64,000 nucleotides of DNA, taken from Basidiobolus meristosporus CBS 931.73 (taxonomy: Eukaryota > Fungi > Basidiobolomycota). The stretch is taken from the NCBI GenBank assembly GCA_002104905.1, contig MCFE01000169.1, positions 1 through 64,000 on the forward strand. The letters run 5' to 3'. This document shows, piece by piece, positions 11,380-23,874 of the stretch (positions are counted from its first letter, which is position 1; each line of letters starts with the position of its first letter). The notes beneath the pieces were generated by a model. It worked only from the letters and a program-made list of their open reading frames with translations, ran no database searches and was not told the DNA's origin. A program made the position numbers and the translations under genes.

Positions 11380-12397
11380 TAATCAATCAATCTATTACGT
11401 TCAATGTTGAATGCTAGCAATAATTCAAGTATACAAAGTAGCTGGATAAAGAAGTAAACAGTGTGTGTGCTGCACATCATTTATAACGGTATAAATAACA
11501 GTGCTGCTCTGTCAAAAACCTCTGGTGGATGCTGGACAATAAGTATAAATACACTGGTAGATGTATGTGACTATTTATTCCCATAAGATCAGGGCCTGGG
11601 ATACCATTATAATCACTAATTAGTCTTAGTGCTTTTGTTTGATGCTTCCTATTCTGTTTACAGAATCATCAACCTAGACTAGTGCTTCCAACAGTAATAC
11701 TTGTGTGTGAATTTCATGATAGCATATTGCCAAATCTTGTGAAAGGTTATTCACCCTGTTAGGATCACTTAACCTACAGGCAAGCTCCCAAATACATAAA
11801 CTGCCAATAGACAGTATTTGTGTGATATCAGGGTAAAATAAATCTAGCAAAATACCTATATGGCTGCAGGAGTACTCAAAATATTCTATTTTTCTCCTTA
11901 GAAACACGTTGATTTCTTCAGCACTTACATAGATCAGCGCAATAGCTGTTACAGATTCAAAGTGGTGTCCTGCTGATAGATGCTTAACGGTCTCAAGGTT
12001 ATTTAGGATACATGTTGAGTTCTATGTTGTTTGGTAACAGAAATTAAACAAAGCCTTTTCTAAAGGAAGCCAACGCTACTAAGGCAAAAGCAAAGACCTC
12101 AGGGGTGCCATATCATATTGACCGCAACAGAAAAGGATTGTCTTCAGGAGTGCGGAGCGTGCGACACAATACTGATTGCTGGAACGGATGCCTGTACATG
12201 GCAGTTGTACACGTATATCTGATCAAAACACCTAAACAATCAAAGTAGCAGCTCACACATATGTTAGATGCTCACAGTGCAATGAGCATAATACAGCTGG
12301 GTCAAAGGAATGTTTATTACTTCACAATGCTTCAGCTAAATATCCTTAACAGCAACATCTCCAAGAGTCCACCGGAAACGTAGACACCAGCCAGACC

Positions 12398-12616
12398 CTA
12401 CGAGATTACCCATGTCTGGCTATCCACGCAGGCGGTCCCCTTTCTCCCTTCAAGGATCTGCTTGAAGGACAGCTCGCCAGTTCCGGGTCCTCTCCAAGTC
12501 CAGCGAATCCCTTTGACTGTGACTGAGGCGTAGTTCCCGTTGTTAGCTCTCTTGGCTCTGGCAATTTCTTCTCTGACATCGGCAGAATACAAACGGGCTT
12601 CTTGATCGGATACCAT
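12398..12616 (-). CDS. 72-aa orphan protein, no signal peptide
   Basis: TATAAA at 12672-12677 (minus) lies about 55 nt before a GCCATGG start. The body retains CpG and is GC-rich. Sequence MVSDQEARLYSADVREEIARAKRANNGNYASVTVKGIRWTWRGPG... Confidence 0.55.
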   Translation of the reverse strand: MVSDQEARLYSADVREEIARAKRANNGNYASVTVKGIRWTWRGPGTGELSFKQILEGRKGTACVDSQTWVIS

Positions 12617-12868
12617 GGCTGAGGAAGTGGAGTGCAATAAGTCTTGAGACTAACAAGCCCACACCTGCTGCTTTATATCACCTTATCCAGGTGGTGGCTT
12701 AGTGTTGTGTCATTATGCTAACGGCTGCTTCATGCGCCCATTTCTACTAAGTATAGCGGCTTCCCACCTAAAGTGCTGAGTCTTAGGCCAAGCTTAGAGA
12801 AATGATCCAGAAATCATGAATGGTTACAGTTGAGGCCAAATCTGCAACATTACCTGAGGAAACCAGTA

Positions 12869-13147
12869 CTAGCTAAACACATCCATGAATATTTCCTTCA
12901 TGCCGGCACCGTCTCTATGCACCATGCCGGTCATTGGTGACAAGGATTTGCACCAATCAGCAATGAGTCTGTTCTTGAAATAACAGGTTATATAATCAAC
13001 CTGCCCAAAAGAATGACCGTGGTAGTCGGTGGCTGAGCTCTTAATCCGACGCTGTACTCCATCTGTGGCAGGGTAAAGTTTGCAATAGATAAGTGCATGT
13101 GTCTTGCAAGAAAGCATCGCCATCCAAGCTATCAATGGTAGCAGCAT
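12869..13147 (-). CDS. Possible 92-aa secreted protein
   Basis: MLLPLIAWMAMLSCKTHA is a signal-like N-terminus, with three further Cys and retained CpG. No recognised domain. Confidence 0.35.
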   Translation of the reverse strand: MLLPLIAWMAMLSCKTHALIYCKLYPATDGVQRRIKSSATDYHGHSFGQVDYITCYFKNRLIADWCKSLSPMTGMVHRDGAGMKEIFMDVFS

Positions 13148-13970
13148 AGATAAAGCGTAACACAAATAAAGTGAACAGGCACAATTGGCTTGTTTCTTGA
13201 CAAATAACTAATTGAAAACGCGTGTACTACAACAAGAAATTCCAAGGCAGCCTCAACTATCCCAAGCACTATCCACTCAATATCCCCAACTCTTGGCAAA
13301 AAACTAACCAATTTATTCTCGCCTGTACTGTGCTGTACACCCCATGACAGTCATATCATTCACCAATCAGCAACAACCCTAGGTTCTTGTAATAACTGGT
13401 TAATTTAATAAGCCTGCCCCAAAGCTTGACTGTGGTTGCTGCTCTCCAGTTGCGGCAGGGTCAGATCAGCAATATATTTAATCATGTGTACAGCAAGAAA
13501 ACAGCACTACCAAAGGACAATACCTTCCAGGCAATGACAGGACTATTGTAAGAGACACTTGCCTTAAAGATGGAATAAAGATACCAAAAGTGCATGTTAA
13601 GCTCACAGGACTACACTGATACAAAGGAGTACCAAACCCCATTGAAATTGACCGCAACGACCTTGGACTTTCTCGACGGTAACCCTTAAGCTCATTAGTA
13701 AAAAATTACCAAAGTCCTTACTAACACGGATAGTTATTGCAAAAACTGAGAGAATTTTGAATGATATTAAGGATATCATTGACCAGATCGCCCTCATTCT
13801 TTACACTTTGAAGTGCAGCCTATACTGTGTAGCCCTGGTACGAAGAGGTAAAGTAGCAAAGGTTAAATCAATCTAGCTCGCATAAAGCTAGTGCTATGAA
13901 CGAAGCCTAATTGAGTGGGATCGAGGTGATATAAATCGGCAAAATTCGCATGAGACTCCACCAGCCAGTC

Positions 13971-14495
13971 ATGCAGCTTTCCTTCCTCTTGCTAGTTTCC
14001 GCCATCGCTTCATTGCAAGCAATTTCCGCTACCCCACTCGGTGACTCCCAGGTAGCCTTCACCAATGAGCCATGCGTCGAGCAACAGGGTGCTTGTTATC
14101 AGGACACTTCGGCCCCCAGTCAAGAATACCAGCCGTCAACTGAGGAGGGGGATGATTCGGAGATGAGTGCTCCAATGCAGACAAGCGAGACTTCGGGTGA
14201 GCAGTCAGGATTCTCTGGGTTGCAAGGGTTCGATATTTCCAATCTTCAACCATCCCAAGCCTTGCTGGACAAAATCAATGGCCATTCCTCCAGTAAAGCC
14301 AATGCCTTGTCCAACTCAAACCAATTCGACCAAGCGCAAGTCATTGATCAAACCCTGTACCAGCCCAAGCAGCAACAGCCACAAATTATCATCACTCAGC
14401 CAGCAGCGCGTGCGCTTAGAGGTGGGTACAAGAAGTATAAGAGATCTGCTCGTCGCCACTTCAAAGTGAGATATTTCAGTGGAAACAGACATTAA
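13971..14495 (+). CDS. Family B secreted protein (174 aa), intact
   Basis: TATAAA at about 13930 favours the second ATG (13971). It has a signal peptide, an acidic Q/E/S region, core ALLDK...ALSNSNQFDQAQVIDQTLYQP and a basic tail KKYKR-SARRHFKVRYFSGNRH. Confidence 0.85.
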   Translation: MQLSFLLLVSAIASLQAISATPLGDSQVAFTNEPCVEQQGACYQDTSAPSQEYQPSTEEGDDSEMSAPMQTSETSGEQSGFSGLQGFDISNLQPSQALLDKINGHSSSKANALSNSNQFDQAQVIDQTLYQPKQQQPQIIITQPAARALRGGYKKYKRSARRHFKVRYFSGNRH

Positions 14496-14856
14496 GTCCA
14501 GTAAAAGCAAATTTACGAAATAAAATGAGCAATATATTACTAGGCATACTGATGATGTACAAGTATTCAAGAATTTACTGATATGCACACGCAGAAATAG
14601 CGTTCCTTATCGTTGTAAATAGTGGCATAATTTGTATTGAAGAGAATTATGGGCAGTGGTGATAGAACCATATAATATATACAGAGGCTGTCATTCCAGC
14701 GCATGTGTTTTATATGTTACAGGTTTCCTCAATAAAGTCCATAACAGAATGTATCTAATAATACTCACTTTATGCCCTCAGTTTAACCTTATTATATAGC
14801 CTCCCATGCTATATAGCGTCGTATGCAACTAACTTATTTCTCAGCTATTCTTCAGC

Positions 14857-15354
14857 ATGCGCTCTACTACCATAGCAGTGATTCTAGGCCTTGTCGCTCT
14901 TCAAGTTGCCGTTGCTGCCCCAATCGGCTGTTCTTCTCCATGCACTCGCGAGTATAGAAGGGTGCATTATCGCAGCTTACCATGTGCACAGTATGCGAGC
15001 GGTTGCTACCAAAACGCTCGAGTTTTGCCTGTCGTTAAGACGACGAATGTCCAATCCCCGTTATTGCGCCAGGTTTTCACCACGGTGACCAGAAAGCACG
15101 ACAACCTGAACATTGCTAACGCCAACAGCAACAAAGGCTTCAATGTCAAGTATCAAGCAGGGCCCAGTCTCGAACTGGAGGGTAGGGCCAATGCATTAGA
15201 ATATGCTAAGCAAAAGGGAGCAGAACACTTGGAAGATAGTTCTTTCTCTCCCTACGTCCTGATGCAGCCCACCCAAGATATACAATACACAACCCCTGTG
15301 GCAGAGATGCAATGCGTAGAAGATTGTCCAGAGCAAAACGTTCAATACAATTAG
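14857..15354 (+). CDS. Family A secreted protein (165 aa), intact or slightly C-truncated
   Basis: Signal peptide MRSTTIAVILGLVALQVAVA, then APIGCSSPC, the core PLLRQVFTTVTRKHDNLN and C-terminal CVEDCPE. TATA at about 14790-14815. Confidence 0.88.
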   Translation: MRSTTIAVILGLVALQVAVAAPIGCSSPCTREYRRVHYRSLPCAQYASGCYQNARVLPVVKTTNVQSPLLRQVFTTVTRKHDNLNIANANSNKGFNVKYQAGPSLELEGRANALEYAKQKGAEHLEDSSFSPYVLMQPTQDIQYTTPVAEMQCVEDCPEQNVQYN

Positions 15355-15724
15355 TGCGATGACATGAGCTGAAGATGTAGGTAGTCATCACCACGCTACA
15401 ACTGAAAATTCTCAATCAATAAAATTCAAATGACATTCTTATACTTGTTGTTACTTGTGATTAGCTTTTTACTTGCACACACCTGTATCATGATCAGAGC
15501 TGCGGGCATTAATATTAGATTTTCGCTTACGTACTAACATACTCACCCTCAGTCTTTAGTGATGCTGCCCTCCACCGAAAAGGTTGATATTAGAGAGAGT
15601 GTCTGGCAGGGTTACCGGATTGACTTTGGTAACACAAAGATTTGAGATTGACAGACTGCCCAGTGACTGTTAGCATTGTGATATTTCCTCTTATCATTTT
15701 TGTGCAAGCTAAGAGTAAAATAGA

Positions 15725-15806
15725 TGATGAGGGTGGGGTTCGAACCCACGCCTCCGAAGAGACTGCGACCTGAACGCAGCGCCTTAGACCACTCGGCCAC
15801 CTCACC
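15725..15806 (-). tRNA. tRNA-Leu(CAG), intronless, 82 nt
   Basis: GGTGAGGTGGCCGAGTGGTCTAAGGCGCTGCG-TTCAGGT-CGCAGTCTCTTCGGAGGCGTGGGTTCGAACCCCACCCTCATCA. All cloverleaf stems pair and the long variable arm is of the Leu type. Confidence 0.96.
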
Positions 15807-16319
15807 AGCTTGTACTAGGACCTTACGAAAGAGTTTGAAAGGAAATATTCTTGAAGTACTATCATCACTCGAAGCAAGCATCATAAAGTATCTTTACCTA
15901 TTGTTTTGTCGTTACCCATCAGTGTCTTTTCATAATGAAGAAATGGCAATCGAATTTACGATCAATAAAAACAAAATCCCGGGTTTGGCAGACTAAATTA
16001 AACTGAAAATCAGTGGAAGTACGTAGATCTTTTCCTATGTAAATCATTTGTAAACGGAGCAATTGTCTAGATGATACTGAGTAAGAATATACAAAGGTAG
16101 CATATAAGTATCATTCGGTCTCTCTTACTAAGTGGGATCGAGAAGGTGATACAAATCGGGAGTACGAGAAGTTACGCCACTTTAAAGTATGCTCCAGAAA
16201 ATCATGGTGAGTCCCACAAAACAATGGAAGAAATGAGTAAAAATAAGAACTATGGACATGTGTGAGGGGAATGCAGAATGCTGACAATCGTTAGAAGTGT
16301 GCCTGCAGGAACGCAAAAG

Positions 16320-17260
16320 TAGCAGAGACAGAACAAAATGTTCAATACAATTAGTGTGCTGACAAGATAAATAAAGTTAAACTGAGAATATTGAGTAGGC
16401 AAAACAAGTAAACATACTTTGCACAGTCTCACAGACTATTAATCCATGGCTGGCACAGTATACTAGTCCAAAAAAATTGTCATACGACGATACCTCTCAT
16501 CGACAGACACCAAAGGAATAGGGACACTCCACATTTGGTTGGTGGCAAGAGAGAAGTTCAAACAGCGTTGTGTATCAATTACCGTATTTGAAGATACTTT
16601 GGGATGTTCAATGTTTACTCCATCGAACTGTAAAGTATTGTATCGATATTGGGAGTTAAATTTTCGTTTACGTCAATATACGATTGTGTTATGAGTGAGA
16701 CGCAAAACGACTCATACTACGATTTCTCAAGCAAGGGCTTGAAGCGTGCACACAGGAATGGCACTGTTCTCACGTAGCTGGTTATTTCATAGTCAATGTT
16801 CGCAGTCTAGAGCAGTATATATAATACACTTGTTTTTGTTGCTTCCTATATTATGGGATGCGGCCACAAAATGAGTGAAAACTTTTTCGATTTTCTTCCT
16901 ATAAATAGAAGACATCTGCACTTTGCAGGATTATGTATATAGTACATTCCCAGTACACTGAAGGATGGCTTGCACATTCTGATAGCTTGTTGCTACCCAA
17001 ATATCATTCAAAAATCAAATCAAAATACCAATCTATATTGCTACAAATTCACTTCAAAAAGAAAAATGCTTAAAATTTTGATTGCAAAATGGCATACTTG
17101 TTTGAATACAATTCGAGTTTTCTGATCATTAATATTAACTTTAATAACTGAATGTTCAAGTGGGCACACAACTTTGCATAAAAATAGGAAAATCATAAGT
17201 TGGTAGTCAAACTTTATTGTAGTGGCTACTGTTGACCATCCACTCAGACTGCCAATACCC
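16320..17260 (+). repeat. Segmental copy of 7898-9045 (A 3' end + block X + D 5' end)
   Basis: Colinear identity, e.g. GTAGCAGAGACAGAACAAAA, GCAAGGGCTTGAAGCGTGCACACAGGAATGGCAC and CCATCCACTCAGACT. Confidence 0.85.
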
Positions 17261-17340
17261 ACTCTCCTTGTGTCACTTGTATTCTCAAACTATAACAGAG
17301 AGGTTGTGCTTTTTAGGAACCAGATGAGAAATATGGTAAT

Positions 17341-17610
17341 TAATATGCATCAACATTTAAAACTTAGCCAACTTTGCTGCGTTAGGAATTCTAGTACCCT
17401 GACTGATTTTCCCTAACCCAGACATAACTAATCCCAGTTATAGTTTACTTTATCCCACCTCACAATCTATTTTTAGCTGTCACACCTGATCAATTTGCAT
17501 GTGGCATTACATTATCAACTTATCTGCCAAGCCTTCCCAGGTGGTTAGTCCTCTTAGATTCATTCAACCACTTGGCAGTTACTAAGATATCAACTGATTG
17601 ATGATGCAAA
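17341..17610. mobile_element. Partial LTR of family L3
   Basis: Reverse complement of the 52950-53211 end of the TSD-bounded solo LTR. Confidence 0.7.
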
Positions 17611-18739
17611 CACTTTCCTGTGGAAGTGCTTGATGAAGGACAGCAAGATGCCTGCTGAATACTGTGTAAAAGTCTTCTTAACCATACAGCTTTCAGTATT
17701 TGAAGTAACAGCTACTTAGTGAATATGTAGATGTATCATACTAAAGGACATGTGTCAAATTAGGTCTCATACCAACTTGGGTAGCAACTAGATTTCTGTA
17801 CCCTGTATTGAAAGCAAATGAAGAATCAATGCAATATACTGGCTGAATCCAGCTAATTGCCAGCAGAATGCCAGCTGAATATCATCAAGTAAAAGTAAAA
17901 AATCCAAGTATGAAACATTTCATCAGGAGGTTCATTGGGAAATTTGCCATTGATCATAACAGTTATAACCTACTTTCTTTCAATAACTTGGTCAAATCAA
18001 TCCAAATAGTGCTGCATGCCACTTGACAAAGTAAGCCTGTATATTTTTATTGCTGCCAGCCATTCTTGTTGTCTTAGTCATATGGTACCCTCAGAGACCT
18101 GCAACAACTACTTGCATATAGCTACAGATTTTGGCATTGCATTCAGCAACTAAACTTGTGTTTGCAATTGCAACTACTTGATAAGCCAGTATTGCCAAAA
18201 GTTCCATCAATCCTATAAACTCAAAGGTGTATCTTGAACTTGGCAGGAAAGCATTAATGAGTTCTGAGAACATTGAATATTACTTTGCTAATAGTGTGGA
18301 ACATAGTAAAGTGATGTATGTGACTACATATGATTGTGTTAGGTCCTGGACATAAATTGGGTTGGCAATACAGAAAACATAAGTTGGCACATTTGGTCTG
18401 ATTGGATTAGCACTGTTGTGCAAGCAAGATATACACTACTAAAATGCACATAGCACCCTATGAAAAACTTCAAATTTTGATATTTTACTTTTACTACATG
18501 GTGTTTGGGTGGTACTCTACTGGCATTTAGCTGGGATCTGGTCAGTGAACTTCATTAAATTTTTCAAGTGCATTTAACTCTGGAAACAATAGTCTAGTTG
18601 CAACCAAAGTTGGTATGAGTGCTAATGTGGCACAAGTCCCTCTGTTTGGTATATCCACAGGCTGTCAAAGTTGCTGTAACATCAAATTCTCAGAGAGAAC
18701 CTCAAGAAGTCCTGATCTCCTATGGTATCTGACTGGCAT

Positions 18740-21690
18740 CCTGTGGTGGATCCACTGTCCTCTAAATTTTGTCCCCAATCAATATCAGGGTGTCATAAAA
18801 GATCCTGTATTAAGCTCTTACAAGTGTACCTTAAGTGTCTCAGCAGATCCTTTTAGTTATCTAATTCAGCATAAGTGCCACAACAACATTAGATATATAG
18901 TTCTGATTGAGCTGGCACACAATTGCCACTGAATATACAATATCTGGGTATGTTCCAATCAGATATACATCAGACTTCTAGCCATACATTGGTAAGTGAA
19001 TACTGGGCTTTCAGATGGCACCAAGCCCTGTTGATTTGGTAGAATGTTGACCAAGATAAGATGTATCTCTGCTGTAATAGCTGCTGATTCACAGTTTTTC
19101 TTTTGGTACTTCTTAAGTATGTCTTGAATGTACTTGAACTGGCTGAGAATAATAGTCTGGGTTCCTCTGACTTTGGAGTATGTTTTCCTTACAAATTAAC
19201 TGAGCTCTCCTAGATTGGACATTCTGAACTCCTTAAATTGGATGAATTTATTCACCTCTGATTTTTCTTGCTTATTGGTGGCTATAATAAGATTAGACAT
19301 ATATAGAGCTAGTAAAACTGGAATCTCACTATATATTGTACAGTAGATACTATGGTCAGAATCACTCCTCTGAATACTAAAAGATTATAAATAGGGATCT
19401 ATCTTGCAATTTGAAGCTCTTGGTGATTATAAGAGACCATATTGAGATTTTTTAAGTTTGCAGATCTGATAAGGGTTATCTTGGTCAAAGAACTCATCAG
19501 GCTGGTTCATGTTTACTTCCTTATGATGTTTATCACTCAAAAATGCTGCTTATACATCTATTTGACACATTTACAACTTTGACTTGGCTTCAGTAGGCAA
19601 TATCAATCTGATGGAATTAAATTTGACTACTAGTCAAAGATATTGGTGTGGCCCAGTCCAATTGATTGAGAGTACCCTTTTGTCACAGGCCTTGCTTTGT
19701 ATCCTTCAGTTGTACCATTCAGCCTTAATTTGTCTTGATGACCCATGTGCATACAGTTGATTTTCAGTTGATTGGTAATTTAACACAGCCCCAAGATTGA
19801 TTATCTGTTTGGACCAGATATTCCTCAGTCATTGCAGATCTTCAAAACCTTCTCTGCAGGCCATTGCAGGCCTCTGTTACAGTCTGGGGCCCATCACTAT
19901 ATACTGAAGAGGCATAGGCCAAGTCTGTACCCTTATTGATATAGTAATTTGGGCTATATGTAATCCAGCTGAATACCCTACCTTGAGAACCTGTAAAGAT
20001 CACCTCTGGGATATTCCTGAGCACTGGTTTGGACTGAAATCTAGCTGAGGAGTCCTCTGGAGTGAAAAAATCCCCATTGCTTTGCTCCAATTCAATTGAA
20101 ACTACTGCTGGATCTGAGATTGAATTTCTGTCATCATCAAATAAGATTATGCATGAAGATATTGTGTTTTATTAGACAACACATCCCTGAATCTGATCAG
20201 CTTCTTTGCTTTGGCATTGTGGTGAATGTACATGTTACTACCATCTAAATAACCCAAAGGATGCATTTAAGCTTTTTTATGTGTATTCTGGCCAATTTCC
20301 AGACAGTCTCTAAGTATATGATGAGCAGCCAACTGTTCTGAAGTGCTTTGCACTTGGTTTGTAGCCATGCCATGCATTAGATGGAGCAGAACCACAAAGT
20401 ATGACACTATAGTCCCTATTGTTAAGACATACAGCTGTGGCAAGTAATTTCTCTCAGAAATCTCAGGATAATAGCTGATCTCAGATCTTGCCATATAGAT
20501 TATTTATCTGGGGGAATGCTCTGACACTGCATTTTACTGTGTGGAGTATGGTACAGTAGTCTCTTGCTTCATCCTATGAACTTTGCACAAGTGGATGAAC
20601 AGCTCTGAAATATATTTTCTGCCAATGCCACAGTGTAATTTCCTGATTTTTTTCTCCAGTTTCTCTCTCCACCATGGCTTTAAGCTCCCAGAACTTAGAC
20701 AGAGCTTCTTCTTTTACTTCCATGCAAGAGACCCACATGTATCTTGCATAATCATAATAAATGTGATTAAATATTTCATTCTGCCAAATATTATATTTTG
20801 CATAGGTCTATGCATATCAGAGCATATTAGATCTAGTATTTTCTTAGTTTTGACCAGCCCATCACTCTCCAATGGTTATCTGGCCTGTTTCCCTTATGTG
20901 ACAGCCTCACAATGCTCCTAACTGACTGGGGGTAATCTGATCTCTAATTGTTTTGGACAAATAATCATAGCAATGTGTCCAAATGTCCTGTACCATAGCA
21001 TTGGTGTTTCTTTATTTAAGTAACTTACATCAACTTGCAGATACAATGAAATATGAGTCAGCATGTATGGATTCCCACTTCTAATACCCAGAGCAATGTG
21101 GGCAACTCTTGTTTGTGTGCATATTTAGTGCAGACATGAATAGTCTTCTGGTGGCTGATAATGCCTTCCAGGCATTCTTTGCAATTTTTGCTGTTGCGCA
21201 ATGAACTTGCAATTTGTCTTTATTGTTTTGGCAAATGCAGTCAACAACATTTTGTTCTTTCTCCTAGTACTTTAAGGCTTAAGATCCTACAGTGTTAGGA
21301 GGGCATACTTTTCCCCTAACAATGTCTCAAAGGCATCTTTCCTGTAGCAGCATCTTCATCTTCACCTTCCAGACTTGATGTTAGATCCATCCAACTTTGA
21401 AGAGAGTAGCAGCTTAGGGTGCATAACCTGCTGTAAGAGTTTTGAAGTATTTGGAAGTTAATGGGAGAAAGTGTATAATATGTGGTTTTCACTTAATGAT
21501 TTCTTGAATTTAAAAGTAGTAAATATACTTCAACAAGACCATGGTAGAGAAGCATGTAAAATGTGCTTAGAAAGGTCCTGAGAGTAGGTGTGCAAAGTTT
21601 GGGGCTGTTTGGACAACTTTGAGAATTCTCATATTGTGGGTACCTGATGTATTGGTGGGAATATTTCAAGTCCCAACAACAATAACATCA
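18740..21690 (-). mobile_element. Degenerate, truncated Ty1/copia element (same family as 34733-39146)
   Basis: ORF 19842-20090 aligns to 36929-37336. A ...DIDWGQNLED..TTG RT/RNaseH junction lies near 18760-18800. A partial LTR starts at 21429, preceded by the PBS reverse complement GCATAACC. Confidence 0.85.
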
Positions 21691-23065
21691 AATCTCATGG
21701 AATGCTTGAATAAGCAATGGAATAGAATTAGTAGAAAGCCAGAGGAAACATCTAGCTAACAATCAATGCTAAAATGGGTGGCCCACAGATCTGGATATAG
21801 ACAATCATGAACTCTAGCTGTGAAAAATCAAACATATACAGATCAGGGAATCATGAAAAACACATCTAGTAAGATACTCTTCAGAAACTTTGCAATATGC
21901 AGCAGCTTCTAATTCACAAATGGACTATAATTTGGATTTTGAAGAGCAACAGAGTTTTGGCAGTCAACTTCCCATACATTCATACAGTCAATGACCTATT
22001 AACTCTATTCAGCTTGAGTAGAGCAAAGTAAAATTATATGCCAATACCATATATATTCCTATGAAAATTTCAAACTTGGATTCTTTACTATTACTTCACA
22101 ATATTGAGCTGGCATTTAGATGGCTTTTAGCTGGGATTCAACCAGCAAGTTTCAAGTTTTTGATGCTTTTAACTCAGTGAACAGCAACCTAGTTGCTACT
22201 CAAGTTGGTATGAGGGCTAATGTGATGCAAGTCCTTCTGTAAAAATACATTTACATATTCTCAGAGTAGCAGTAACTCCAAATTCTGAAAGTTGTAATCT
22301 TAAACACACTTGGGTTAATATGGTTACAAGCAGGCATTCTGATGGCCTTTATAAATAGCTTTCATAGAGATATACTAGCACTAGTTCAATGATATTTTAA
22401 GTAACTGCAAAGAGTAATGTGACTTCAGTAGATGAATATTTGCCAATTGCCACTAGTATATATACTTTCTTCAATACCTCATAATTTTCAAGATTTAAAC
22501 ATTTAGTGGTGTCCTGTATGCATAGGTAATGAACTGAAGGATGCACAACAGTATATATTATTGAAGAATACACATTTAAAACTAAGATAATACATAAGGA
22601 ACAGAATGGCATTCCTTTCACCAGAATCACCATTGCAGTACTGCTGTCACCACCAATACCAGCTTCTCTACATATAGATTATATAAGTACTCAAATGATT
22701 TCCACTTTGTCCACCACTTATGCCTGCCTTGCTGCTAAAGCACCATTTTAGTTCCCTTATTGCAACTCCATACATTTATCTACAAAGATAGTAGTTACCC
22801 TCAAATATGTGCAGTTAATAAACTATACAGGTTATCAATATCTTGAAAGGTACCCTACATCCATACCTGGGGATAACCCTTACCCTCTTATATTTATTCA
22901 CTACTACATAGGTTGGCTGATAAGCTGTGAAGCACAATCCGTCTGTAATGATGGTGATGAAGTAGAACTTATATACGTATAAACCTCTTTTCTCACTAAA
23001 AGCCTGAGGAAGGTATGAGTATTTTATTATTGACAGAGTAGGAATCTTGGTTTAGCATGTATACA

Positions 23066-23405
23066 TTAATATCTGCGGTGGCGTCGTTCACAACAACTAC
23101 ACGATGGTTGATCATAATCGCCCTCATCTGGGATAGGTGACTGAATGTATGTAGGCGTAGATGGTTGGAACAACGTCTGATCTACTAGCTGCACTTGGGA
23201 GTATTGATTTGAGTTGGAGAGAGCTTGGGCATCTTGCGCAGAGTTAGCCTGGATGCTGTCCAGCAACGGTGAGGCATCTGGGACATCCGATGGGTAGTCT
23301 GTCGATGAATATGATTCAGTTGGATCAGGGTATGGTGTCTGGTTGTTGTATGTATTGATGGGCCAAGAATACTATGGTGGATAGAATGTAGGTATTGTGG
23401 TGCAT
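23066..23405 (-). pseudogene. Family C pseudogene
   Basis: A 20-nt deletion (GGTGCATCCTATGCATCTCC) in the signal-peptide region relative to 30784-31164 shifts the frame. The core LLDSIQANSAQDAQALSNSNQY is intact downstream. Confidence 0.85.
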
Positions 23406-23874
23406 ATTGGTACTTAGTGATACTCGACAATTACCTTTATCCATACTTTTATACATGATAGGCATGATTGATCAACGATTGTCAGCTACCCAAGCACAGT
23501 TTACTAAATTATCTAGCCAAAGTTAATCATCATTTTATTCAGAACAACCAAATGAAGAGGCGATTATCATTTCACATACATTTCACATTCAATAGTGAAA
23601 TCACTGATCATCGACCAACTTAGCCAATCATTGGTTTGCATGACGAAAAATAAATAAACATCAATTGACCAATTGGCATCCAAGATTGGCATTCATAAGT
23701 ATTGTTCTTATGTAGCCTAATATCTAGCTTTGTCAATATTACGGGATAAAATCTATGGATATTTGAGCCATTGGTCAATACTTTGCTGAGCTAGATATAG
23801 GATTTAGCATAACAAATTATGCCAACTACGGTTATAAAATGAGCTTGTGAATAGTGCTACACTGCTCATCAAGA
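23406..23874. promoter_or_regulatory. Divergent C|B intergenic promoter
   Basis: TATAAAA on the minus strand at about 23447 and on the plus strand at about 23833. Dyad TTTCAC-N8-GTGAAA at 23581-23600 and ATGACGAAAAA at about 23640. Repeated at about 26640-27150, 28310-28850, 31170-31720 and 32830-33250. Confidence 0.65.

Noticed and set aside
13950-13970. Upstream starts given by the ORF track for B, C and A' genes (13950, 23854, 26700, 27357, 31224)
   Set aside because: They lie upstream of or too close to the TATA boxes and would bury the signal peptides. The downstream ATGs are conserved across paralogs.
15725-15806. tRNA(CAG) as a hint of CUG codon reassignment
   Set aside because: The tRNA has ordinary Leu features (discriminator A, Leu-type D-arm and variable arm). 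Nothing in the window indicates a non-standard code.
15612-15996. ORFs 15590-15805, 15612-15884 and 15724-15996
   Set aside because: They run across the tRNA-Leu gene, show no protein features and are spurious.
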